40,790 bases of DNA from Alphaproteobacteria bacterium (GCA_963582805.1 CAUZTZ010000002.1:1-40790), one strand, 5' to 3'. Shown: positions 1-9,738, counted from the first letter of the stretch. Made by a program: numbers and translations. The notes: generated by a model not told the origin, from the letters alone.

Positions 1-202
1 GATTTGGTGAATATTTCTGTGGATAAATCCATATTTCTTAATAGCTGCGTCCAAAATGCAGAATCGCGAGAGGATGTCTTTGCAACCAAGCGGGTACATT
101 GGGTATGGTCCCAAGCAGCGTTCGTGCCGGTAATCTTCGCCCGATGCTGATCCATTGGATGGCGGGTGGATGGGGCGCGGGCGCGACGGGAGAAGCGGAA
201 AT

Positions 203-1066
203 ATGACCGGGGTTTTCCTGCCATTGGCCGGCTTGGCGGCCGGGCTGTCGATGCTATCGATTGGGTTGGTGCGCGCCGAAAGCGCTGCTTCGCCCGGATC
301 GGATGCGCAATCCCATATTTTTCTCGCCCAGCAATTCGCCCAAGCCAAAAAGAAAAAGCCCGCCCGCAAGGCCAAGCCGGTGGCCATCGTCCCGGAAAAG
401 GCGCCTTATGTGATCCTCCGCGATATCAATGTTCGCGGCGGCCCGAACACCAAGTCCAAGCGCATCGGGCGCTTCAAACGCGGCACGCTTATCCGATCAG
501 TGGGGCGCGCCAGGGGCACCGGCTGGATTCAGGTGCGCACCAATAAAAATCAATTGGGATTTGTCTATTCGAAAATGGCGGCGCCGCTGATCGATGGCGC
601 GCTGAAATCGAAAATCGAGGGCCGCGCCGCCGGCCCCGGAAAATTGGCCTGCCGCTACGTGATCGAGTTCGAAGGCAAAAGCCGGATCGAAAGGGAATTG
701 CAGCGCACCGCCGATTACGCGGTCCCGTTCGCATGCCGGGCGGGCGGTGCGCCGCTGAATTTCACCGCGACCATGTTCCTGACCGAATTGCCCTACAAAG
801 AGTCCGGGCCGGCGGTGTATCAGATCAACGTGGATTTGCGCAATATGCCCCTCGAAGGCGAAGACGTTTTGACCGTCATTTCCCTGTACAGCCCGAAGAA
901 AGCGCAAACGAAATTCGATACCGTCAACGACAAGACGTTTGCCAGCGGCGCCAAAATCGCACCCAAAAGCACGGCCAGCCTGGATGCCGCGCTTTTGGCC
1001 GCCGTCGAGATTGCGCACGCCGCCTGGGGCAAGGCCGCCTGGGATCAGCTTAGGGCGAAAAACTGA
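203..1066 (+). CDS. Exported protein with bacterial SH3 (SH3b)-like domain, function unknown
   Basis: ORF 155..1066. An internal ATG at 203 is preceded by GGGAGAAG. The N-terminus has a signal-like hydrophobic segment (LPLAGLAAGLSMLSIGLVRAES), a Lys-rich linker, then an SH3b-like stretch (VRGGPNTKSKRIGRFKRGTLI...GWIQV...GFVYSKM). Confidence 0.6.
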   Translation: MTGVFLPLAGLAAGLSMLSIGLVRAESAASPGSDAQSHIFLAQQFAQAKKKKPARKAKPVAIVPEKAPYVILRDINVRGGPNTKSKRIGRFKRGTLIRSVGRARGTGWIQVRTNKNQLGFVYSKMAAPLIDGALKSKIEGRAAGPGKLACRYVIEFEGKSRIERELQRTADYAVPFACRAGGAPLNFTATMFLTELPYKESGPAVYQINVDLRNMPLEGEDVLTVISLYSPKKAQTKFDTVNDKTFASGAKIAPKSTASLDAALLAAVEIAHAAWGKAAWDQLRAKN

Positions 1067-1068
1067 TA

Positions 1069-1093
1069 GCGCCGCAAAAATTCGTTGCGGCGC
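1069..1093 (+). terminator. GC-rich hairpin 3 nt after the stop of the SH3b gene (possible intrinsic terminator, no U-tract)
   Basis: GCGCCGCAA (1069-1077) and TTGCGGCGC (1085-1093) form a perfect 9-bp stem with a 7-nt loop. It is followed by atcaccatt, so it lacks a canonical T-run. Confidence 0.35.
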
Positions 1094-1187
1094 ATCACCA
1101 TTGACGGCGAACAGGTAATCCATCAAGGGCTGGCTTTCCTTCAGGGTCATGTCCTTGAAGCGGGGCGCGGATTTGTTAGGGTGAGGC

Positions 1188-2189
1188 ATGACGCAAGCCA
1201 TTCAAATCCACGCAAACGGCGGGCCGGAGGTATTGCAGTGGGGTGATACCGAACTGGCGCCGCCGGGCCCCGGTGAGGTGCGCCTCCGCCATGGCGCCAT
1301 CGCCGTCAATTATTCCGATGTGAATGTCCGCAGCGGCGGCTTTTATATCGCCAAGCCACTGCAATTCCCGGTGATCATCGGCAACGAGGCCGCCGGCGTC
1401 ATCGAAGAAGTGGGCGCCGGCGCCGAAGGCGTTCAGGTGGGGGAGCGCGCCGCCTATGTGGGCGTCGGCGGGCCGTTCTATGAAAACACCGGCGCCTATG
1501 CGGAGGCGCGCAACGTGCCGGCGTCGTGCCTGTTCAAATTGCCCGACAAAATTAGCGACGATCAGGCGGCGGCGATGATGCTCAAGGGCCTGACCGCGTC
1601 CATGGTCATCCACCGCTACTGCAAGCCTGGGCCTGGCGATGCGGTGCTCATCCACGCCGCAGCCTCGGGCGTCGGCTTATTGCTGGTGCAATGGTGCAAG
1701 CATTTGGGCGCCACCGTAATCGGCACCGTGGGATCAGAAGTTAAGGCCGCATTGGCCCGCGCCTTGGGCTGCGATCATACCATCCTTTACCGGGACGTGG
1801 ACTTCGTAGCCGCCGTCAAAGACATCGTGCCGGACGGCGTCGCCGCGGTGCTCGATGGGGTCGGCAAGGACACCTTCGCCCAATCGATCCTCTGCACCAG
1901 GCGCTACGGCACGCTGGTCAATTACGGCAATGCGTCCGGCCATCCCGATCCTCTCGATCTGTTGTTGCTGGCCAAGCACGGATCGCTCACCGTCACCCGC
2001 CCGGCGTTCTCCGACCATATCCGCGAGGCGCGCGACCGCGCCTATTATTCGGATGAGCTGTATGATCTGGTGGCCAGTGGTGTCCTCAAAGTCGAGATCG
2101 GCAAGAGCTACCCGCTTGCCCAAGCCGCCGACGCGCATCGGGATTTGGAGGGCCGGAAATATGCCGGCTCGTTGTTGCTGAAACCTTAG
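1188..2189 (+). CDS. qor: NADPH:quinone oxidoreductase (zeta-crystallin-like medium-chain dehydrogenase/reductase)
   Basis: 333-aa ORF with MDR-family layout. It has a GroES-like N-terminal region ([22 protein letters not shown]) and a nucleotide-binding [11 protein letters not shown] motif. Its stop overlaps the purD stop on the opposite strand. Confidence 0.8.
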   Translation: MTQAIQIHANGGPEVLQWGDTELAPPGPGEVRLRHGAIAVNYSDVNVRSGGFYIAKPLQFPVIIGNEAAGVIEEVGAGAEGVQVGERAAYVGVGGPFYENTGAYAEARNVPASCLFKLPDKISDDQAAAMMLKGLTASMVIHRYCKPGPGDAVLIHAAASGVGLLLVQWCKHLGATVIGTVGSEVKAALARALGCDHTILYRDVDFVAAVKDIVPDGVAAVLDGVGKDTFAQSILCTRRYGTLVNYGNASGHPDPLDLLLLAKHGSLTVTRPAFSDHIREARDRAYYSDELYDLVASGVLKVEIGKSYPLAQAADAHRDLEGRKYAGSLLLKP

Positions 2190-3460
2190 GTCCGCCCGAT
2201 GGCCCGCCAGCCGATATCCCGGCGGCAGAAGCCGCCCGGCCAGTCGATCAAATCCACCGCCTGGTAAGCGGCGGCTTGCGCCGACTTGATGTCCGCCGCC
2301 AATGCCGTAACTCCCAGCACGCGGCCGCCATTGGCGAGCACGGCGGCGCCCTCGGCGCGCGTGCCGGCGTGAAAAACGGTGACCCCATCGACGCCGCCCG
2401 CCGCGCCTAAGCCATTGATAGGCGTGCCTTTTTCATAAGAGCCCGGATAACCATCGGCGGCCATCACCACCAGCAGCGCCGAGCCTTCGTGCCAGGCGGC
2501 TTCGATGTTGCCCAGCCGCCCCTCTGCGGTGGCCAGCAACAAAGGCAACAGATCAGACTTCAGCCGCGTCATTTGCACCTGGCATTCTGGGTCGCCGAAA
2601 CGGGCATTAAACTCGATGACCTTTGGGCCGTCTTCGGTAATCATCAGCCCGGCGAACAGCACGCCCGAATAGGGTCTGCCCTCGGCGGCCATGCCATCAA
2701 TGGTCGGACGGATGATGCGCGCCATGATCTCGGCGTCCAATTCCGGGGTTAGCACCGGCGCCGGCGAATAGGCGCCCATGCCGCCGGTGTTGGGGCCGAC
2801 GTCGCCGTCATGGACGGCTTTGTGATCCTGGGCGGAGACCAAAGGCAGTGCGGTCTGGCCATCGACCAGGGCGAAGTAGCTCAGCTCTTCGCCTTCCAAA
2901 AATTCCTCGATTACCACCTCGTCGCCGGCAGCGCCGAAGGCGCGGTCCCGCATGATGACGCCGAGGGCATCGATGGCTTCATCGACGGTGCCGCAAAGGA
3001 TGACGCCCTTGCCGGCGGCGAGACCGCTGGCCTTGACGACGATCGGCGCCCCTTGGGCGCGCACATAAGCGGCGGCTTCATCTTGGTCGGTAAAGCGCCC
3101 GTAAGCGGCGGTGGGAATATCATATTTGGCGAACAGGTCTTTCATAAAGGCTTTCGAGCCTTCCAGGATGGCCGCCGCCTTGTTCGGCCCGAAGGCCAGG
3201 ATGCCGGCATCCTGCAAGGCATCGACCAGGCCGATCACCAGCGGCCCCTCCGGCCCGACGACCACCAGATCGATGGATGTACGCTGCCCGAACGCCACCA
3301 GCGCGCCTATGTCTTCGGCGCCGATGGCGACGCATTCGGCGACATCGGCGATGCCGGCATTGCCCGGCGCGCAATAAAGGGCGCCGCAATCGGGCGACTT
3401 GGCCAGCGCCCAGCAAAGGGCGTGTTCCCTGCCGCCGCCGCCGACAACCAGAATATTCAT
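2186..3460 (-). CDS. purD: Phosphoribosylamine--glycine ligase (GAR synthetase)
   Basis: 424-aa ORF with the N-terminus [18 protein letters not shown]-grasp core motifs and typical length. Confidence 0.95.
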   Translation of the reverse strand: MNILVVGGGGREHALCWALAKSPDCGALYCAPGNAGIADVAECVAIGAEDIGALVAFGQRTSIDLVVVGPEGPLVIGLVDALQDAGILAFGPNKAAAILEGSKAFMKDLFAKYDIPTAAYGRFTDQDEAAAYVRAQGAPIVVKASGLAAGKGVILCGTVDEAIDALGVIMRDRAFGAAGDEVVIEEFLEGEELSYFALVDGQTALPLVSAQDHKAVHDGDVGPNTGGMGAYSPAPVLTPELDAEIMARIIRPTIDGMAAEGRPYSGVLFAGLMITEDGPKVIEFNARFGDPECQVQMTRLKSDLLPLLLATAEGRLGNIEAAWHEGSALLVVMAADGYPGSYEKGTPINGLGAAGGVDGVTVFHAGTRAEGAAVLANGGRVLGVTALAADIKSAQAAAYQAVDLIDWPGGFCRRDIGWRAIGRT

Positions 3461-3473
3461 TTATCCCCCCCGA

Positions 3474-3510
3474 AGATTAGCCCAAGATTAGTCTGAGATT
3501 AGCCCAAGAT
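3474..3510. repeat. Tandem 11-nt direct repeat (3.4 copies) in the divergent purD/xseA intergenic region
   Basis: agattagccca (3474-3484), agattagtctg (3485-3495), agattagccca (3496-3506), agat (3507-3510). It lies 14 nt upstream of the purD start codon on the minus strand. Confidence 0.85.
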
Positions 3511-3562
3511 CGTCAATCGCCTGTGTACGGGCGACGATTTGTACCATAAATTATGACCTAGA

Positions 3563-5017
3563 ATGAGCGAATTACCAGACCCAGAAACAGAAGGCGGCAA
3601 CGCGCCGATTTATTCGGTCTCTGAGATTTCCCAATCTCTGAAGCGGTCAGTCGAAGAGCGCTTCGCCCATGTCCGGGTGCGCGGCGAAATATCGGGGCTG
3701 TCGAAGCCCGCCTCCGGTCATATGTACCTTGCTTTGAAAGACGAAAAGGCGGTGCTCGACGGGGTTTGCTGGCGGGGCACCGTGGGCCGCTTGGGCCTCG
3801 CGCCCGAAGACGGGTTGGAGGTGATCGTCACCGGGCGCTTGTCCACCTATCCCGGCCGCTCACGCTATCAGATCATCATCGAAAGCATGGAGGTGGCCGG
3901 CGAAGGCGCGCTCCTGAAACTGCTCGAAGACCGGCGCAAGAAACTGTTGGCGGAAGGTTTGTTCGATGAGGGCTTGAAACAAGAACTGCCGTTCCTCCCC
4001 GAAGTGATCGGCGTCGTCACCTCGCCCACCGGCGCCGTTATCCGCGATATCCTGCACCGCCTGCGTGATCGCTTCCCGCGCCACGTTCTGGTCTGGCCGG
4101 TGATTGTCCAGGGCGATGGCGCCGCCGCGCAGGTAGCCGCCGCCATTGATGGCTTCAATGCCTTGGCGCCCGGCGGCGATGTGCCGCGCCCGGATTTGCT
4201 GATCGTTGCCAGGGGCGGCGGCAGCCTGGAAGATTTGTGGGCCTTCAACGAAGAGGTGGTGGTGCGCGCCGCCGCCGCGTCCGAAATCCCGCTTATCTCG
4301 GCGGTCGGCCACGAGACCGATACGACGCTGATCGATCATGCGTCTGATAAGCGCGCGCCGACGCCGACGGCGGCCGCCGAAATGGCGGTGCCGGTGCGCG
4401 CCGAACTGATGGCTCAGTTAAGCGATGACGGCGCCCGCCTGTTGCGGGCCTCGGCGCGCATTATCGACAGTGCCGCCAAGGATGTGGCCGGTCTGGCCCA
4501 CCGCCTGCCGCGCCCGGCGCAACTGGTGGAAGAGGCCGAGCAACGGCTTGATGAGCGCACGCAACGCTTGCTCCGCGCCAAGGACGTCTTGTTGCAAAGC
4601 CGGGGCGCGGAGGTAAACCGTCTCGGCGCCGGCCTGATCAGCCCGGCCCGCCAGATCGCCGCCAAGCGTGATCAATTCGGCGCCCAGGTGCAGGCGTTCG
4701 GGCGCGCCTTCAACCGGGTCCTGGAAATCAAGGACGCGGATTTGCAGCGCCAATCGCGGCTATTGGACAGCGTCTCCTACCAGCGCGTGCTGGACCGGGG
4801 TTTTGCGCTGGTCACCGGCGATGATGGCGAGCCGGTTCTGGCGGCTGGCGGCGCGGCGCCCGGCGATGCCTGGCAGGTACATTTCCGCGACGGCGCCGTC
4901 GCCGCCACGGTCACCGGCGATGGCCCGCCCAAGCCGAAGAAGACGCCGAAGAAAAAACAGGCCAAACCGGCCAAAGCCAAGGACGCGCCCGGCGATCGCC
5001 AAGGAACGCTACTCTGA
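3563..5017 (+). CDS. xseA: Exodeoxyribonuclease VII large subunit
   Basis: 484-aa ORF with an OB-fold N-terminus (VRVRGEISGLSKPASGHMYLALKDEKA) and catalytic region (ARGGGSLEDLWAFNEE, SAVGHETD). It has an unusual Lys/Pro-rich C-terminal tail. Confidence 0.92.
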   Translation: MSELPDPETEGGNAPIYSVSEISQSLKRSVEERFAHVRVRGEISGLSKPASGHMYLALKDEKAVLDGVCWRGTVGRLGLAPEDGLEVIVTGRLSTYPGRSRYQIIIESMEVAGEGALLKLLEDRRKKLLAEGLFDEGLKQELPFLPEVIGVVTSPTGAVIRDILHRLRDRFPRHVLVWPVIVQGDGAAAQVAAAIDGFNALAPGGDVPRPDLLIVARGGGSLEDLWAFNEEVVVRAAAASEIPLISAVGHETDTTLIDHASDKRAPTPTAAAEMAVPVRAELMAQLSDDGARLLRASARIIDSAAKDVAGLAHRLPRPAQLVEEAEQRLDERTQRLLRAKDVLLQSRGAEVNRLGAGLISPARQIAAKRDQFGAQVQAFGRAFNRVLEIKDADLQRQSRLLDSVSYQRVLDRGFALVTGDDGEPVLAAGGAAPGDAWQVHFRDGAVAATVTGDGPPKPKKTPKKKQAKPAKAKDAPGDRQGTLL

Positions 5018-5829
5018 TGATCCACCGATTTTGGGCGCCGGCGATTTTGCTGCTCTGGGGCGCCGCCGCCATGGCCGGCGAAATTTCCCTCAAAGGCGAA
5101 TATTCCCAGGGCGGGCTGGTGATCGGCAACGCGCCGCCGGGATCATCTGTCACCCTGGACGGAAAATCTCAACCGGTCGCCCCGGACGGCGCCTTTCTGC
5201 TCGGCTTTGGCCGGGATTCTGCGCTCCGAAGGGTGCTGGAAGTGCGGCTGGGCGGCACCCGCCTATTTGGCCGCGAGCTTGCGATCAAAAAACGCACCTA
5301 CGACGTCCAGCGCATCGATGGCCTGGCGCGCCGCAAGGTGACGCCGTCGCCGGCGGATTTGAAACGCATCAAGGCGGAAGCGGCGGCGCTCCGGGCGGCC
5401 CGCGCACTTCTAAGCAATGCCTCGTTCTTTCGCTCCGGCTTCGTCTGGCCGGTTTTGGGGCGCATTTCGGGCGTCTATGGTTCGCTGCGCATCTTGAACG
5501 GCAAGCCGCGCCGGCCCCATTACGGCGTCGATGTGGCGGCGCCGGAGGGCACCCCGGTGCGCGCCGCCGCCGCCGGGCGCATCGCCTTTGCCCATGCCGG
5601 CATGTTCTTCAACGGCAAAACGGTGATCATCGATCACGGGCTCGGGCTGAGCACGGCCTATCTTCATTTGAGCGCCATCACGGTGACATCCGGCGCCGCC
5701 GTCAAAAAAGGCGCGATGATCGGGCGTATCGGCAAAACCGGGCGCGCCACCGGGGCGCATCTGCATTGGGGCATGCGCCTCCGTGCAACGCCGGTGGACC
5801 CGCAATTGCTGGTTCCGGCGATGAAATAA
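5017..5829 (+). CDS. M23 family metallopeptidase (murein endopeptidase-like), exported
   Basis: 270-aa ORF. Its ATG overlaps the xseA TGA (ATGA-type coupling). It has a signal-like N-terminus and the M23 motifs HYGVDVAAPEGTPV and GRATGAHLHWG. Confidence 0.85.
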   Translation: MIHRFWAPAILLLWGAAAMAGEISLKGEYSQGGLVIGNAPPGSSVTLDGKSQPVAPDGAFLLGFGRDSALRRVLEVRLGGTRLFGRELAIKKRTYDVQRIDGLARRKVTPSPADLKRIKAEAAALRAARALLSNASFFRSGFVWPVLGRISGVYGSLRILNGKPRRPHYGVDVAAPEGTPVRAAAAGRIAFAHAGMFFNGKTVIIDHGLGLSTAYLHLSAITVTSGAAVKKGAMIGRIGKTGRATGAHLHWGMRLRATPVDPQLLVPAMK

Positions 5830-5831
5830 TT

Positions 5832-6716
5832 CTATTCCGCCGGCCAGCGGTTATGGACCCAGAGCCATTGCTCGGGGCGATCGCGGACCCATTCGCCAAG
5901 GGTGGCGTTGACCATGCTCATCAGGGCCAGAATATCCGCCTGGCGGTCGCCGCTGTCAGGTTTTTCGAGGGGCGGAAAAACGCTGACCCGGAAATGGGCG
6001 CCGCCCAGCCGCTCGACCCGCGCCGGAACCAGTGGGCAATCATAGCGTAAAGCAAGCTCGGCCGCCGCCGGCGCGGTCATCGCATCGATCCCCAAAAATG
6101 GAACGGCAATGCCGTCGTTCATTTTCTGGTCGACCAGCATGGCCATGTGATCGCCCCGTCTAAGCGCCCGCAAGATGCTTTTGGCGCCGGCCGAGCCCTT
6201 CGGAAACAAATCGCCGCCAAGCACGGTGCGGCCCTTTTGCACGATTTTATCGAAAAACGGATTGTTGGCGCGCCGGTAAACCCCATGCATCACCAGGCCG
6301 CGCTTGGTGCCGGCCAGCAGCAACATTTCCCAGTTGGCCAGATGGCCGGAAAACACGATGCCGGCGGCGCCATCGTCGCGAAGGGCGTCCGCATGCTCGA
6401 TGCCGACAACCTCGACGCGGCTATTTTTTCGGTACGGATCGAACTTGCCGAGATGGGGATGCTCGCCCGCGGTGCGGCCCAGATTATCCCACATGGCGGT
6501 GACGATGCGCGCCACCTCGGCGTCTTCGATGTCTGGAAATACCCGCTTCAGGTTGCGCCGGGCGTTGCGGCTGACCCCTAGTTTCGGCCCCACCAGACGG
6601 CCCAGCGCGCCGCCCAGCCAGGACGCGGCGTCGACCGGCAAACAGGCAAACAGGCCATAGAGCAGCCAAGCCGCCGCCGCCTCGCCGCGCTGCCACAAGT
6701 TACCTCCGAGCGCCAA
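5832..6716 (-). CDS. Lipid A biosynthesis (Kdo2-lipid IVA) acyltransferase, LpxL/HtrB family
   Basis: 294-aa ORF with an N-terminal membrane anchor and the NLKRVFP motif typical of late acyltransferases. It lies directly downstream of lpxK (1-nt gap). The start is an apparent TTG. Confidence 0.75.
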   Translation of the reverse strand: MALGGNLWQRGEAAAAWLLYGLFACLPVDAASWLGGALGRLVGPKLGVSRNARRNLKRVFPDIEDAEVARIVTAMWDNLGRTAGEHPHLGKFDPYRKNSRVEVVGIEHADALRDDGAAGIVFSGHLANWEMLLLAGTKRGLVMHGVYRRANNPFFDKIVQKGRTVLGGDLFPKGSAGAKSILRALRRGDHMAMLVDQKMNDGIAVPFLGIDAMTAPAAAELALRYDCPLVPARVERLGGAHFRVSVFPPLEKPDSGDRQADILALMSMVNATLGEWVRDRPEQWLWVHNRWPAE

Positions 6717-6717
6717 A

Positions 6718-7722
6718 TTATTCGCCGCCCGCCGCGGCTTCTATGCGCCCGTCCAGCCATCCGGTGAACCCCGACCCATCATCCCAGACAATGTCCACAT
6801 GAATGGTCTCGATGGCGCGGCCCTGATCGGGGCCTAAGCGCACATGGTCTTTTTCGGTGGTGACGGCAACGGCGTCCAAGGCTTTGGCCCTTTCCAGGAT
6901 ATCCGAAATCTCCGGGCCGGTATAAGGGTGATGGTCATCGAATACCAGACTATCGGCGATGTCGGCGCCGATGGCGTTCAAGGTATCGAAAAATTTTTGC
7001 GGCCTTGCGATGCCGGCGAAAGCCAGAACGCGCCTGCCGGCCAGGCGCTGGGCATCGGCGGCGGCGGCGTCCAGACGGGCAGCGAACACCGGCAATCCCA
7101 CCGGGCCCTCGGCGGCAATGGCGACATCGGCGTCGGCGCTGTCTTCGCCCAGAATGACGGCGGCGTGGGCGCGCGCCAGACCGGCCGCCGGCAATTCCCG
7201 CAAGGGTCCCGCCGGTATCAGGCGGCCATTGCCGAACCCGGCGCCGCCATCGACGACGACGATCGAGATGTCTTTAACCAACGCCGGGTTCTGATAGCCG
7301 TCATCGAGGATCACCAGATCGGCGCCACCGGCGGCAGCCTCAAGCGCCAGCGCATGACGGTCGCTCCCGGCCCAGGCCGGCGCGGCGCGGGCCAGCAGCA
7401 ACGCCTCGTCGCCGACGTCGGCGGCGCCATGGATGGCCGGATCGACGCGCACGCCGTCTTTGCTGCCACCATAGCCGCGAGAAATAAAATGGACGCTGCG
7501 CCCCGCCGATTGCAGATGCAAGGCAAGAGCCAGCGCCACCGGCGTCTTGCCGGCGCCGCCGGCCACCAGATTGCCGACGCAGATCACCGGCAGCGGGGCG
7601 CGCCGGGGCGTGGTGAGGCGATTGTCGAGACGGCTGGCGGCGCCATAGAGGGCGGCGAGCGGGCTCAGCAGCCCCGGCCAGGGACTGCCCGCCCCGTCAT
7701 ACCAGAATTCAGGCGGCCGCAT
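6718..7722 (-). CDS. lpxK: Tetraacyldisaccharide 4'-kinase
   Basis: 334-aa ORF with the P-loop VICVGNLVAGGAGKTP and LpxK length. It lies in the lipid A gene block and overlaps the waaA stop. Confidence 0.9.
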   Translation of the reverse strand: MRPPEFWYDGAGSPWPGLLSPLAALYGAASRLDNRLTTPRRAPLPVICVGNLVAGGAGKTPVALALALHLQSAGRSVHFISRGYGGSKDGVRVDPAIHGAADVGDEALLLARAAPAWAGSDRHALALEAAAGGADLVILDDGYQNPALVKDISIVVVDGGAGFGNGRLIPAGPLRELPAAGLARAHAAVILGEDSADADVAIAAEGPVGLPVFAARLDAAAADAQRLAGRRVLAFAGIARPQKFFDTLNAIGADIADSLVFDDHHPYTGPEISDILERAKALDAVAVTTEKDHVRLGPDQGRAIETIHVDIVWDDGSGFTGWLDGRIEAAAGGE

Positions 7723-9007
7723 CGGCCTCGCCCGCCGCCGGCGCCTGCAAATAGGAGAGCACCCGCGCCGCCACCCGTTCGGTCACGTCGGCGCTGGATG
7801 TTGCGTAAGTGCGCCCTTTTTCGGCCATCGCGGCGGCGCGCGCCGGATCATCCAGTAATGCAGCCAGATTGCCGAATAAGGCGGCGGCGTCGGCAACTTC
7901 GATAGCACAGCCGGCGGCGGTCATTTCATGGCCGATCTCGGTGAAGTTCATCATGTGCGGGCCGTGCAGGACGGCGCAATCGAGGTGCAAAGCCTCGAGC
8001 GGATTTTGCCCGCCCAGCGGTACCAGGGATTTGCCCATGAACACCACCGGGGCAAGGCGGAAAAACAACCCCAGCTCGCCCATGGTGTCGGCCAGATAGA
8101 TTTGCGTATCAGCCTCGATCGGCTGGCCGGCGGAGCGCTGGGCCACGAATAACCCCATGGCGCGCAGCATGGCGGCAACCTCGCCGCCGCGCTGGGCATG
8201 GCGGGGAACAATGACGCTCAGCAATCCCCGATGGGCATCTTCCAACGCCAGATGGGTTTCGCCGGCGATACGTTCCTCGCCCGCATGGGTCGAGGCGGCC
8301 AGCCATGTGGGGCGGCCATCAAATTCGGCTTCCAGGCGGGCCAGCTCATCGGCGTCGGCGGGCAGCGGCGGCACGGCGAATTTCAGATTACCCAGGCAAT
8401 CCACATTGGCCGCGCCCAATTGGCGGAGGCGTTGGGCGTCCTCCGAAGATTGCCCGAGGCAGAGGTCAAAGCGGCCGAGCAGGGTCGTAATGATGGAGCG
8501 CGCCCGTTGCCAGCCGGAAAAGCTTTTCGGCGAGATGCGCCCGTTGACCAGGATCATCGGCGTGCCCCGGCCGGTGGTCTCCAATATCAGGTTGGGCCAG
8601 AACTCGCTTTCCGCCCAGAGCACCAGATCGGGCCGCCAGTGATCCAGGAAACGGCGTACATACCGGGGCCGGTCGAGGGGTGCATATTGATGGATGGCGC
8701 GGGGCGGCAGGCGTTCCGCCATAAGCCGGGCCGAAGAAACCGTGCCGGTGGTCAGCAACAAAGCAAGCCCCGCATCCGCCGCCAGCAGATGATCGATCAA
8801 AGGCAGCATGGAAAGGGATTCGCCGACGCTGGCGGCGTGCACCCAGATCAGGCGCGCGCCGTTCGGGTGTGGCTGGCTGGCCGCTCCCTGGCGCTCAGTG
8901 AAGCGCATCGGATCTTCCTTGCCCGCCGCCAGCCGGCGCCGCATGAAGGCCGCGATAAACGGTCCGCCCAAGGGCCCGGACACCAGCCTGTAGAGGGACA
9001 GCATCAT
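7709..9007 (-). CDS. waaA: 3-deoxy-D-manno-octulosonic acid (Kdo) transferase
   Basis: ORF 7709..9058 with a WVHAASVGE motif and a GT30-like layout. I place the start at the ATGATG at 9007, which overlaps the TGA of the upstream DUF374 gene (translational coupling), rather than at 9058. Confidence 0.88.
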   Translation of the reverse strand: MMLSLYRLVSGPLGGPFIAAFMRRRLAAGKEDPMRFTERQGAASQPHPNGARLIWVHAASVGESLSMLPLIDHLLAADAGLALLLTTGTVSSARLMAERLPPRAIHQYAPLDRPRYVRRFLDHWRPDLVLWAESEFWPNLILETTGRGTPMILVNGRISPKSFSGWQRARSIITTLLGRFDLCLGQSSEDAQRLRQLGAANVDCLGNLKFAVPPLPADADELARLEAEFDGRPTWLAASTHAGEERIAGETHLALEDAHRGLLSVIVPRHAQRGGEVAAMLRAMGLFVAQRSAGQPIEADTQIYLADTMGELGLFFRLAPVVFMGKSLVPLGGQNPLEALHLDCAVLHGPHMMNFTEIGHEMTAAGCAIEVADAAALFGNLAALLDDPARAAAMAEKGRTYATSSADVTERVAARVLSYLQAPAAGEADAAA

Positions 9008-9729
9008 GGCGCCGCCCCCGCATCTGATGGCGCCGGATCGATGGGTTGGTGGCCGCAATGGCGGTCGGCTTCCCCGGTCAGGCTGTTCATGCGCTCTTCC
9101 AAATCACCCCGCAAAGCATCCAGCCCCGCAGCGTCCGCATCGCCGGGAACTTCGATTGGCTCGCCCCACATAAATACACCGCTGGAAAAGGGCCACGCCA
9201 GAACAAACCGGTCCCAGCTATTCCAGATACGCCGCCGCCGGCAGGAAAAGGCCAGCGGCACCAGCGGCGCCCCGGAAAGCCGCGCCAGGGCAACGGCGCC
9301 AGTGGTGGCGCGCATGCGCGGCCCCCGTGGCCCGTCCGGGGTGATGCCGACGCTGTCGCCGCCTTTGAGAATACGCACAAGCCCGCGCAAGGCGCCGGCA
9401 CCGCCTTGGCTGGAGGAGCCGGGCACCGTATGGATGCCGAAGCGCGCCACCGTATCGGCGATCAAGCGGCCATCGGGATGGTTCGATATGAGCATGTTGA
9501 TGCTTTGCGGCCGGGTCCAGGCGAACGGCATCATCATCAGCCGTCCGTGCCAGAAGCAGACGATAAAGGGCTTGTCGGAATTCCAAATTCTCTCCAGCCC
9601 GGGCGCCTTTATCACCCGCCAGCGGCTGGTGGCCCAGACCAAGCGGATCAGAGCCGCGGCGGCCAGACAGGAAATGCCCCGCGCCAGCCCGTTTCTGGAT
9701 AAATTTTTTATGAATTGAGGCGTCGCCAT
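9004..9729 (-). CDS. DUF374-family protein (lysophospholipid acyltransferase-like, uncharacterised)
   Basis: 241-aa ORF with the motifs FWHGR, NHPDGRLIA and ITPDGPRGP, characteristic of DUF374. It sits between msbA and waaA. Confidence 0.75.
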   Translation of the reverse strand: MATPQFIKNLSRNGLARGISCLAAAALIRLVWATSRWRVIKAPGLERIWNSDKPFIVCFWHGRLMMMPFAWTRPQSINMLISNHPDGRLIADTVARFGIHTVPGSSSQGGAGALRGLVRILKGGDSVGITPDGPRGPRMRATTGAVALARLSGAPLVPLAFSCRRRRIWNSWDRFVLAWPFSSGVFMWGEPIEVPGDADAAGLDALRGDLEERMNSLTGEADRHCGHQPIDPAPSDAGAAP

Positions 9730-9738
9730 CCGGCTCGA

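Noticed and set aside
1-154. AT-rich left edge of the window (especially 1-60), which could mark an island border or a promoter
   Set aside because: It is too short and truncated by the window edge. No ORF, repeat or tRNA is associated with it. Most simply it is the promoter region of the SH3b gene.
2186-2189. Convergent qor and purD stop codons overlap (CCTTAGG), leaving no room for terminators
   Set aside because: The overlap is real but is an ordinary consequence of a compact genome. It is not evidence of a special mechanism.
3474-3510. Whether the short tandem repeats here, or at 37145-37209, could be a CRISPR array
   Set aside because: The units are 11-14 nt and contiguous or nearly so, without 25-40-nt repeats separated by unique spacers. 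No cas genes are present.
4668-6050. 460-aa plus-strand ORF spanning the xseA 3' end, the M23 peptidase gene and the acyltransferase gene
   Set aside because: It is an off-frame shadow ORF. The translation is Arg/Pro/Ala-rich low-complexity sequence with no motifs, and it overlaps three well-supported genes. This is typical of high-GC DNA.
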